From NCBI RefSeq assembly GCF_004010195.1, contig NC_057726.1, forward strand, positions 34,155,171-34,219,170: DNA of 64,000 nucleotides, in the 5' to 3' direction. This DNA is from Chiloscyllium plagiosum. Taxonomy: Eukaryota. The notes beneath the pieces were generated by a model that made no database searches, was not told the DNA's origin, and worked only from the letters and a program-made list of their open reading frames with translations. Both the position numbers and the translations under genes were made by a program. This document shows, one piece after another, positions 53,144-64,000 of the stretch. Numbering within the stretch: position 1 is the first letter of the stretch; every line of letters starts with the position of its first letter.

Positions 53144-53347
53144 AGAGAGGAGAAAGTGAGGACTGCAGATGCTGGAGATCAGAGCTGAAAAATGTGTTGC
53201 TGGAAAAGCGCAGCAGGTCAGGGAGCATCCAAGGAGCAGGAGAATCGATGTTTCAGGCATAAGGGCTTATGCCCGAAGCGTCGATTCTCCTGCTTCTTGG
53301 ATGCTGCCTGACCTGCTGTGCTTTTCCAGCAACACATTTTTCACCTG
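53144..53347. mobile_element. Fold-back Penelope-derived short element, same family as 48368-48593, opposite orientation
   Basis: Arms tgaaaaatgtgttgctggaaaagc / gcttttccagcaacacatttttca; flanking taagggata at 53135-53143 and 53348-53356. Confidence 0.82.
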
Positions 53348-53670
53348 TAAGGGATATGTGAGCAAGTTAATCAGGAACGAGCTATGTAAAAGGCAGCTGT
53401 CTGGTTTGGACTATAATCCAGTTCAAGGAACAGCAGTTACAACTTCATCCTCACTTGTTTCAAAATTCCATCCTAGATAATTTTATATAATGGAATCATA
53501 CGCTGCACTGTAAGCTTGACCACTTACAACACACCCAGAAAACCTTCTTGGCAAAAGTTTATACACATCAAAAGTAGCCCAAATTAATTAAGCTAACATT
53601 GATTGATAGTAGTAACTAATTTGTACCTTTACTGAATCTACATTCTTTTCCACATTAGAGTTGTACTTAC

Positions 53671-53761
53671 CTGTTAAATTTCTGAATGGATTGCACAAGC
53701 TGGATCCTTTTTTTATCAATGATTTCATTAACTTCATCTGGCTTCGTAACAAATGCATCAG
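53671..53761 (-). CDS. ANKRD27: ANKRD27 exon (SDAFVTKPDEVNEIIDKKRIQLVQSIQKFNR)
   Basis: ctttccttttcag|CT GAT...AAC AG|gtaagt; 91 nt, phase 1-2. Confidence 0.82.
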
Positions 53762-54131
53762 CTGAAAAGGAAAGTAGGTGGTTTTGATACTGAAATGGAA
53801 ACAAGCAAATATAGATTTCCTTTCCTCTCACTTCAATTCCTTTATCAGAAGACAGCACTACAAGTGGCAGTCACCCTCTGGCTATTCAGCTTCTGGTATC
53901 CATGCCAGGCAGAATGTTGTCCTCACTTCATGTCCCTGCATAAGAAATTTCAGCTGTGGGAATCTTGGCTCACTTTCCCAGTTTCTGACATGACTTTGTC
54001 AAATAGACAATCCACGCCACGAGCACAGGAACAGTAGCAAACCAGCAAAGGATTTGAGAAAATCCTATAAATTAAAGAAACCCACAGTCCAGAACAATTT
54101 ACTTGATGATTAACTTTAAACAACTTCTTAC

Positions 54132-54246
54132 ATTTCTTTCTGACATCAGCTGACTTTATCTTCCGGGCAGCAGTTAGTCTGAATACTCCATCTTCTTCGG
54201 TTACCTGAGCAGATGCTGTTTCCAGAATTTTCAGAATCTCTACATT
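54132..54246 (-). CDS. ANKRD27: ANKRD27 exon (NVEILKILETASAQ...DVRKK)
   Basis: ttttacctgtccag|AAT GTA...AAG AAA T|gtaaga; 115 nt; resembles remembered human NSKIMELLQ...VKIRKK. Confidence 0.82.
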
Positions 54247-54766
54247 CTGGACAGGTAAAACAGAAAATAAAAAGTGATGTGTAATTTCTTTTATTTATAA
54301 AATGTATCATATCATTCTTCAATATTTAATATTCAGCATTCATTTAATCTGGATTAAAGTAATCACTTTATATGCAACAAATCATGGCTGAATTATACCT
54401 CAACATAGTTTGTCCATCTTCTCTATACCTCTTTATGCTTACAATAAGCCTTACAATAATCCATCAAATTTAATTTGGCCAAAAATCCATAGCCTTGTCA
54501 GGAAGGTGCTCCAGCCAGTGCATGAAAGTGCTTCTCAATTTTGTGCTTAAATAGTCTAACATTAATTTCAAATTTGCGTCCCTTTGTTTTGGATGCTCTC
54601 AAATAGAATACTTTATCTGAATCCACTATTTACTCCTTCATAATTTAAAAGACTTGATTAGATAACCCCTCAACCTTTCAAACACAAAGGAATACAAAAT
54701 ACAACTGACCTTCATAACCTAACTCTCTTTGACAACCTGCATTTACACAGTGCCTTTAACATAGCA

Positions 54767-57700
54767 CTGGGAAAGGCTTCAGGAGTAAACCACAAGGAAA
54801 AATCCAAAGCAGGGGGCCCCAAAGATAGATCGTTGTTATCTACAACCTTGTTCTGACAGCTCCTGCGATGGCACTGGTACCAAACTGTAACGGCTCTGCT
54901 GTTCCTTTAGATTAGCCAGTGTTGTGGAGAGGGAGAACATGCTTCATGGGCAACAGCTTGTCCCTATACCACACCACCTAGGCTTGCATCCTACCACCAC
55001 TGTACCTGGAGAGGACACTCCACCCGCTTCACCTACGGCATCGACACAACACGAGGGGGCAGCAGATACTGGTTTTGTGTCATCGCAAGATTGGCGTAGA
55101 ACACAATGCCAGGGGTATCAACCGTAGGAGGAATTTTCGGATCCCACTGGACAGCTATCACCCGCCTCAACCCACTATCCTTATTGGGTGAATGGGGATT
55201 AGGAATTGTCCTGACAGCAGATTGTAATCATTGCACCAAACAATAAAAGAACAACAACAAAAAAAGAAGACCAGCTCTAAAACTGAGCAGATGGAATGTC
55301 TGGACAATGATGACCGGCCTCTCAGAAACCCTCCAGGACATCAGCGACTCTAGGAAATCAGCTGTCATAAATAACGAGCTCAAGAGACTCACCATCGGTA
55401 TAGCCGCTCTCCAGGAAACAAGGCTGACAGAGGTGGGTTCACTGAAAGAGAAGGACTACATGTTTTACTGGCTGGGGAAGGACTCAGAGCACGGGGTCGG
55501 CTTTGCAGTGATGAACACAGGACAACCAGGCAGCAATGGCTCACAACAACTCATGACTCTTCGCCTCAGTCACCTTGTCAGCGTGTATAATCCAACACTG
55601 TCCTCCACACCAGACACATAGGACAAGTTCTACAACAATCTCGCTGCCCTCATTAGCAGCTTCCCTAGGGAAGAATAACTTGTCCTTCTGGGTGACTTCA
55701 ACACCAGAGTGGGTGCAGACCACAACTTGTGGCCCTCCTGCCTTGGGCATTTTGGTGTGGGCAAAGTGAATGAGAACAGACAGCGACTGCTTAAGCTGTG
55801 CACTTACCATGATTTGTGCATCACTAACTCCAACTTCCAGACAAAGCCTCAGCACAAGAATTCCTGGAGACACACCAACTCGATCTGATTCTAGTTAGGC
55901 GCATCGCCAAACATGTTCTCCACACTCACTCTTACCCACAGTGCTGACTGTCATATAGACCACTCCTTGGTGTTTTGCAAGATTAAGCTGCAACCTAAGA
56001 GATTCCATCACACTTAGCAACAGGCGAACCCTCGCACCAATCTCAGCAAGATGTCCCAGCCAGATTTTATGCAGCAGTTCTCGGAGACTTGAGAGAGAGA
56101 ACTCAGTGCCTCGTGACACAGAGACTCTGCCACAGAGAAGACAGAAACCTTTCAAGATACCATGTACCGCACATCCCTGGCCATCTTTGGGAAGAAGAAC
56201 TCCAAGAGACACGACTGGTTTGAGGCAAAAGCAATCGAGATGACCCCCATACAAGCGGTCAGCTAACAGGAAGAACCTGCAGATTCTCAGAGCTGCCAGA
56301 AACAAGGTTCAGCAGACTGCCAGGTGTTGTGCTAATGAGTACTGGACACAGCTAAGTGAGGGAATTCAGACGGCCGCTATAATGGGGAACATTAGGGGAA
56401 TGTACAGAGGCATCAAGGAGGCACTAGGACCAGCGCAGAATAAGACAGCCCCCCCCCCCCCACATCGCCCTCAATTCCTCGACTGGGGAAGTAATCACAC
56501 ACAAAGGCCAGCATATGGAGAGGTGGGTTGAACACTACCCTGATCTCCACTCCAGAGAGTATACAGCGTCTGCTTCAGTACTTGATGCCATCATGTGCTT
56601 GCCAACCATGGACGAGCTAGATGCAGAGCCATCAGTAGAAGAGCTCAGCAAGGCCACTGACAGCCTGGTCTCAGGGAAGGCCCTGGGTAGTGACGGATTT
56701 CTCCTGATCTGATCAAGTGCTGCAAGACTAGCTTCCTGCTCCCATTACATAAAGTCCTCTGTCAGTGCTAGCAAGAAGGAGCTGCACTGCAGGCCATGCG
56801 GGACGCCAAGATCATTGCCCTCTTCAAGAACAAGGGCAAGAGAAGCGACTGCAACACCTATAGAGGCATCTCTCTCCTCAACACTGTCGGCAAAGCATTT
56901 GCTTGGATCATCTGACTCGCCTGCAGAAATTGGCAGAACGTGTATACCCAGAGTCACAGTGCGGCTTCTGAGCTAAAAAGGTCAAGAGTAGACATGATCT
57001 TCTCCCTTTGCCAACTGCAGGAAAAATGTGCAGAGAACAGAAAATGCCCCTACATGCTACTTTCATTGACTTTACCAAGGCGTTCAGCCTGGTCAGCAGA
57101 AACAGCCTTTTCAAGGTTCTCCTGAAGACCAGCTGCCCACCAAAACTGCTCAGTATGATAGACTTCTTCCACAGTAACACGAGGGGGACAATGTGGTTCA
57201 ATAGCAGCTCTTATGAGCCCTCAACGTCAGCAGTGGCATCAAACAAGGCTGCGTCCTCGCTCCCACACCGAGATTTTTTCTGTTGTACTCCTGAACCATG
57301 CCTTTGGCACCCCAACGGAGGGGATTTACTTACGCACTAGAACAGACAGCAGGCTCTTCAACCTGGTCCGCCTCACAGCCAAGACTAAAGTAAGCATGGC
57401 ACTCATCAGGGACATGCTGTTTGCCAATGATGCCACAGTTGCAACACACACACAGCAGGAACTCCAGTTACTGATAGACTGCCTCTCTTACACTTGCAAG
57501 GTTATCAGACTGACTCAGTCTGAAGATGAGCGTCCTGGGACACCGCCGGTCATCACCATCGACGACTACAAACTCTGTGTCGTCCATCAGTTTACATACC
57601 TTAGCTCTACCATCAGTGACAACCTCTCCTTGGACACAGAGATTGACAAGAGGATCAGGAAAGCAGCCTCAGCTCTTGCTCACCTCTCGATTAGAGTATG

Positions 57701-58359
57701 GACAAATCCCAAGCTGACACTGAAGAAAAAGATGTCAGGCTACAATGCCTGCATCATAAGCACACGGTTGTAAGGCAGTGAAACATGGACTACATATGCC
57801 AGACAGAAGAGAAGACTGAACACCTTCCACTTAAAGAGTATCTGCCATATCCTGGCAAGACAGTGTCCAATGCAGTGGTCCTATCTTGTGCTGGCTTTCC
57901 CAGCATTTACACTCTGCCCAGACAGCAGTGACTGCGCTGGCTAGGCCACTTCCACTGCATGGAGGATGGCCGCATCCCAAAGGATAACCTTCATGGAGAG
58001 CCTGCTTCTGGGAAGAAACCCACAGGGCACCCCCAGCTGCACTACAAGGACGTCTGCATGAGGAACATGAAAGTGCTTGATACCGTTACGGAGTCCTGGC
58101 AATGGCTTGCAACTGACTGCACAAGATGAAAAAACACCCCGAACCAAAACAGGGGAAAAGAAGCTGATGAGCGCTGCAGCAGACAAGTAGTACAGCAGCT
58201 CGAGCAGATCAACCATTACATAGAGATTAGCCCTCTGCAACCGGGACTGTCACTCCAGCATTGGCCTCTTCAGTCAAAAGTGACACTGCGTCAGGGAAGT
58301 AGAAAGCCAGAACAACGGGATGCAACCCATGGTCAGCCATGACGAAAAGGGGCCTCACA
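54767..58359 (+). mobile_element. Full-length degenerate RTE-clade LINE, antisense in an ANKRD27 intron
   Basis: WNVWTM...IAALQETRL, LLGDFN (endonuclease); FIDFTKAF, KQGCVLAP, DMLFANDA (RT); TSD taacatagca at 54757-54766 and 58360-58369. Confidence 0.9.
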
Positions 58360-58519
58360 TAACATAGCAAAGCATTCCATGTGCTCACAGTTTAATATCA
58401 AGCCAAATAAATATTTATTCAGAGGGGTGACAGAAAGTCAGATTAAAAAAGATAGTTCTGGGGAATCTTCATTCTGATGATTCAACACTATAGTGCTTCC
58501 AAGGCCAATACACATCATT

Positions 58520-59240
58520 CCTAAGATTTAGTATCCAAGAGCACTCCAGATGGAATGTGAGGCAATGAACATCTCCAAGAGAAAATCTAACAATCTCTCC
58601 TTGACATGCAATTGCATTAACATCACTGAATCCCCCACAACCAACAAGCTAGAGGTTACCAGCTGGACCTGCCACTTAAACACTCGCCAGTGGATACAGG
58701 AGCAGGTCAAAAGGCTGGGAATACTGCGGTGAGTAACGCACCTCCTGACTCCCCAAAGCCTGTCGGCCATCTACATGGCACAGCTCACACAGCAGTCAGG
58801 AGCGTGATGGAATACTCCCGAATAGATGAGTTGGATGAATACAGTGCCTAACATTCAAAAACGTTAATACCATCCAGGCCAAAGCAGCCCACATGATTGG
58901 TACCACATCCACAAACATTCAATCCCTCCACACCAATGCAAAGTAGCAGTGAGTGTACAAACTACAAGTGTGTACCAAAACCCATAGCCATTACCATTCA
59001 GAAGGAACTACACCAACTGCAAGTTCAATTCCAAATTCATCATCTTTACTAGGGATGATAGCACTGTTCCTTTGGTGACATTGGGTCAAAATCCAGGAAT
59101 TTCCACCCTAATGGCATTGTGGGTTAGCTTACAGCAAATGGACCGCAACAGTTCAAAGCAGCAGCCACCTTCTCCAGGGCAACTGGGAATGGGCAACAAA
59201 GCTGCTCCAGCCAGCGACAGCCACAACCCAATGAAAAATG
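58520..59240 (+). mobile_element. Degenerate CR1/L2-group LINE 3' portion
   Basis: RSVMEYSR-like frame and gcaacagttcaaag...ctccagggcaactgggaatgggcaacaaa 3' end; related pieces at ~2400-2700 and ~14650-14990. Confidence 0.55.
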
Positions 59241-61220
59241 ACGCAGCACATTCTTAGGTGTTAGATCCCCGCAGAATGTCAATGATTATGTCTCCCTTTA
59301 ACCACCCCTCCACCCTCCCCTTAAGGGAGAATTATAAACACCTCTATTACATATTCAAACTTTGGAAACTAGCATGTAAACCTGATAGATTGAGCGATCA
59401 AACTGATGAAAAATTACAAAAACAGGTTGCCAATTGCCTAGAGACAGTATCTATGTTACAATCACAACCAAGCAATTGCAGGAAAATAAAAAAGCTACAA
59501 ATCTTAGGTTAGCAGTACATTGGCAATAAATAATTCAAAACGAGCCTACACTTCAGTAAAGTGCAACATTTCTGGTATAGCCTGTGAAATATTTTTTAAA
59601 CTATCAAACACTATAAAATGAAAGAAAAATCAATTAGCCGATTTACCAACTGCTGATAGCATCGTATAATACCACTGTGTAACAGAAAAACATCCCTGCA
59701 GTGCAATATTCATATTTAATAATTCAACAACTGAAGTATAAGATTCAAATTAAATTTGGAAAAAACAGATGTGCAATAAAGAATACACAGACATCCTCAA
59801 ATAGCACAAAGACTATATTGCAGCAAATCTCATTTGTGGAAGTAATAAGTTACCATTTATAAACTACAAAGATCACTTATTAATTCTCATGAAATTATTC
59901 CATTTATATAGTACAGAGCTTATACACTTTCCACAGTAAAACAGATATTCTAGTCAAAGCTAACTGTTCATTTCTTTTCTACTTTTGTGAATGTTGAATC
60001 CCAAAACAGTGCCGCTCCACAAAAAGTTTGTTTGATTTTGGAAATGAATATAAAGCAAGCTGTAGCTTAAAGCTAGAAAACTATGGCTAACCAATTTCTC
60101 TTGTGTGTATTTTAGCCAGTAAATTTCTTGGGCAGGTTTTCAACATGAAAGCAATGCAATGTCCAATATCCAAGTTCAAGAGGGAGAATTAGAAAAATAC
60201 CATTGCAATTTCCGAAAGGAAATCCAGAATTGAACCAGAGGCCAACAAATGGTACACCTGGGTGTGACAAATAATGTTGTACTCGAAGGCCGCCCAAAGT
60301 GAAAAAAAGCTCATGAAATGAAATTAATCGTCAGGCATAACAGATTTTTTTCCCCAAACTTTTATTCCCAACAAATATTACTTCAACAGTCAACAGATGA
60401 TTCTCATCTGACTCCTTTACACTAAGCTCAGATTGTTTTCCATGTACTTCTTCCAGTTGTCAATGATAAGTCATATCATTAAACAACACAAAATGTTCAT
60501 CAATTAGAGAAGCAGGGTTGCTTGGAACAGAAGAGTAAATCTAGATGCTGAAGATGTGAACTTAAGGCCCTACTGGTAACAGAATGTAAATACAACACAC
60601 AAATATAATTATTCTGAAGGAGAATCGAAACTAACTCTCCACAGATGCAGCCAGAGTTGTTGAGTTTCTCCAGCTTTGTGTTTGTGCTTAATTACAGCAT
60701 AACAATTTACACTAGCAGTCTCAATAATTAACATGGGCATTAGAATTTATAATGAGACATTATCCATAAGTGAGACAAAAATGTGATAATGGGAAGGAAA
60801 GTTTCATGGGCAGATACTAAATACAGATGCAGTTAAAAAAAAACCTGGATGAGAAAACAAAATTAGGTTCAGAATTTAACTAGTCCTTCTCCGTAGTTTC
60901 AGCAACTTGCCATTCTCTTTTCTTTTTAAAGTTGGACTAACATGTGAAAAAGCTTTTTGATTGGCTGGAATGCAATGGTCCCACTATAAACAGCTTTGTG
61001 ATTGCTCAGAAATCATTTCCCACAAGCAGATTAAATGGCAACTGTCTAAAGGAAATTGGTTATACACTTGAAAAGCTATTTAGAAAGAGGAGAGAAGAGA
61101 AAATAATGGATTGCTCGTTATAAAACCTGGCAGAGAACAGATGCTAACATGGCCTTTTTGTGCAGGATTTTATGATTCCTAAGTGAAATGACAGTTACAA
61201 GCTTTTACCTTCCCACAGAC

Positions 61221-61382
61221 CTCCTCAGCACAATCAACTGGAGTGCACTGCTGCTTATTTCGTAAATTGACCGATGCTCCGTTGCACAAAAGTAGATTCA
61301 CCAGCGCTCCATGTTTTCCCTTTACAGCCTCATGCAGAGCAGTATTTCCTTGGTTGTTGGCAAGATTAACATTGGCACCATG
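61221..61382 (-). CDS. ANKRD27: ANKRD27 ankyrin-repeat exon
   Basis: ctctccag|CAT GGT GCC; HGANVNLANNQGNTALHEAVKGKHGALVNLLLCNGASVNLRNKQQCTPVDCAEE; 162 nt (alternative donor gives end at 61209). Confidence 0.92.
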
Positions 61383-61554
61383 CTGGAGAGTTTTCAGAGT
61401 AAGCAGATTTTAAAAAACTCACCAAGTTTCAGAACAGTACGCACACATTAACAAGTCAAACAAAGCAGCAAAGTTCTTCAACTTTATTTCCTATTACTAG
61501 TGGTGTGGTTACTATGCTACTAGCAATCATCTTAATTGCTGTGTCGTGATCATT

Positions 61555-61851
61555 GAATCCCTATAGTGTGGAAGCAGGCCATTCAGCCCATCAAATCCAC
61601 ACTGGCCCAAGAAAAGCATGCCACCCAGACCTTCCTCCCTACCCCATCCCTGTAATCCTGCATTTCCCATGGCTAATCCACCTAGTCTGCACATCCCTGG
61701 ACAGTGGGAGGAATCCAGAGCACCTGAAGGAAATCCATACAGACACTGGAAGAAGGCGACCGTTTAGAGTTTGCACTTGAGGGTAGAATCGAACCTGGGT
61801 CCCTGGGACTGTGAGGCAGCAGTGCTAACCACTGAGCCATCGTGTTGCCCA
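61555..61851 (-). mobile_element. HE1-type SINE
   Basis: gtgaggcagcagtgctaaccactgagcc head on minus; shared body. Confidence 0.8.
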
Positions 61852-62523
61852 TAAATGCTTCATAGTGGCGATAAGACTAGCATTGTGTGCCAAATTGGAA
61901 TAGCTGCTTGGCCTTTATACAGCAGCAAACTAAAAATTGCTGAGAACATTCTGCATTTATAAACTCAAGAGGGGCAAGTACATGAGAACAAAGTTGTGCA
62001 AAGACAAAAGGGCACAGGCATTCTGAAGACAAAATACGTCCACGTATCACCTTGTAGTTATACACCTTGCATACCCTCAAGATATCCTGAAAGCTCACAG
62101 CCAATGAATTATTTTAAGCTTACTAATGTAGGGAAACCTGGCAACCAATTTAAGTATAATAAGGTTCCATAAACAGCAATAAATGATCAACTAATGTGTT
62201 TTACTGGTGCTGCTTGACAGACAAGAACACAACCCTGCTCCTCTTTAAACAGAGTCATGGGTTACAGAAGCCTGAAGGGTTAAATAGGGCTAAGATATCA
62301 CATCTCCTCTCAAAGTGCAACACGCTCAGTACTCCACTGAAGTGTCACTTTAGATTGCGGACTGAAGTCTATGGAGTGAAGCTTAGGCCTGGGGTTATTA
62401 CATCCTGACCTAGGGTAGATGTTATCAACTGAGCCAAGCTCGAAAAATAGTTTAAAGCAGGTTTTAACTGCTTTACAGAAACAGCCTCAAAAGAGCATAT
62501 TTCAGGCAAATTGGTGTTCTTAC

Positions 62524-62643
62524 CTCCAGCAACAACTCAGCAATTTCCAGATGTCCTTGAAGGCAGGCATGGAGCAATGATGTATTACCATATACATCTT
62601 TCTTATTTAATTTTGCATTATAATTCAGCAAGTATTGAACTAT
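62524..62643 (-). CDS. ANKRD27: ANKRD27 ankyrin-repeat exon
   Basis: ttaaacag|ATA GTT...CTG GAG|gtaaga; IVQYLLNYNAKLNKKDVYGNTSLLHACLQGHLEIAELLLE; 120 nt. Confidence 0.92.
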
Positions 62644-63052
62644 CTGTTTAAGAAAACATAACTTTTTGTAATTCTTCATTACTGAAATGCAATGCTATGT
62701 TTTCATTTGACTTTATTTTATTAAGTATGAAAAGGCGATTCTAAATTTGGACCTAGTATTGGTTAGGTGACAAATTAAGCGTTATATACAATTCCGGGGA
62801 TCCCATTACCAGAATGATGGTAAGGATATAACAGATACATTGGAATGACAAAGAATTCTTGACAATTGCTGAGGGAACTGTATTGAAGATGCCAAAGGCA
62901 ATCATTTATATTGAGTGATACCCATCTCCATGTACCAACATGCCAAGCTGATCATCTTGCTCATTTCGCCGTCAAGAATAAAACAACTATTGGCTAATGT
63001 TTTGTTTTCCAAGGTGCAATTGTGCAGATATTTAATATTTCCAAATATGTGT

Positions 63053-63332
63053 TGTTACAATAGTGGTTCTGTTCCAAGGTTACTATGCCCTTAATTTTTT
63101 TTTCAAAGGGGTCATAAAGCAGCCCAGTCTCTGAAACAGCTGAGTTGGTGCAAAGATGAATGGTTTATTCGGGCCCTTGTTTACCCCTAATCAGATGACA
63201 CCTCAGACCCACAGTTTTCATGCTTTAGAACTAGCTTGCATACTGAAATGGGAGTGGCCAGTCCCAGCATTTGCGGGTGTGTGTGTGTGTGAGTGAAGAA
63301 AGGTTGCTAGAGTCACTCACAGTTGGGAGTGG

Positions 63333-63370
<38 letters not shown>

Positions 63371-64000
63371 CTGTAAGCCTCTGTTTCATTTTTACTCAGT
63401 GTTTAAGAAGTTGGTTTATTGAGACTGTTGCACGTATTTTCAGAACTGCATAATTAAACCGGGTTTAGATAGGATAAGTTAGGCAGTATTCTGTATTTTG
63501 TTCTTCATGTTTCATTCTGTAATCTTGTAAATAAATCTGGTTTGTTTAAAACCTGGCAGACAACTCAGCTAATCTACACCAGGAATATCCACTACATACC
63601 TAGTTAAACAAATAGTAAAGTTATGATCTGGGCTACCGACTTAATGTTTTGAGGGGTCTGGCCTAGTCAATAAGAGATTGGGGGCTCTTTGCAGGATTTA
63701 AACAATTAGTGGTGGATATTAGTGTCTTTTATTTCAGGTGTTGATTTGGTTATTTAAACACTCAGATAGCAATGGCTCTTTCAGTCACCAAGGAGTTTCT
63801 GGAGGTGGAAGAAGTGAGCTTGGGGATGTTACAAAAAGCAAATAAGACCAAGCTGCAAGAATTAATAGATAAGTTGTGGTTGAAGTTACCTCCTAATATG
63901 AGGAAAGATATGATGATATCAGCAGTAGCTCAGCATTTAAATTTGCTGGAAACACCATCAGGATCTGTCGAGATGACAAGAATTCAATTGCAAATGAAGC
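63053..64000 (+). mobile_element. 5' end of an LTR retroelement (LTR ~63053-63675, tRNA-Pro-like PBS, gag start), probably Gypsy/Gmr1-like
   Basis: LTR end matches solo LTR 13015-13565; TGGGGGCTC at 63679-63687; ATG at 63772 opens MALSVTKEFLEVEEVSLGMLQKANKTKLQELIDKL... to the window edge; LTR start approximate. Confidence 0.75.

Noticed and set aside
60112-60300. Exon-looking stretch in an ANKRD27 intron
   Set aside because: Flanking ANKRD27 exons already join in frame; no convincing splice pair or homology
1-64000. CRISPR arrays or prokaryotic systems
   Set aside because: Eukaryotic intron-exon DNA; no regular repeat-spacer structure or operons seen

Overview
Repeat-rich vertebrate genomic DNA, most likely a shark (HE1-type V-SINEs, CR1 LINEs, Penelope-like elements), with three N gaps (27862-28486, 31746-32245, 41965-42444). 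Four protein-coding genes can be read exon by exon: the 5' end of TDRD12 (minus, first three coding exons, candidate CpG promoter at ~15.7 kb), intronless RGS9BP (minus), PDCD5 exons 2-6 (plus; exon 1 not found, probably in the gap) and the last six coding exons of ANKRD27/VARP (minus). Gene names come from remembered similarity to vertebrate orthologues; no search was run. Main observations: (1) the spliced ANKRD27 C-terminus carries two tandem WH2/beta-thymosin-like actin-binding motifs split over three exons; (2) short TSD-flanked, often fold-back, Penelope-derived elements carry minimal hammerhead ribozyme cores; (3) the PDCD5-ANKRD27 block is inverted relative to the human order, with an assembly gap at the junction, and NUDT19 is not seen; (4) several nested insertions have readable target-site duplications (two solo LTRs, a fold-back Penelope in a CR1, a full-length RTE), and a Gypsy-like 5' end runs off the right edge.
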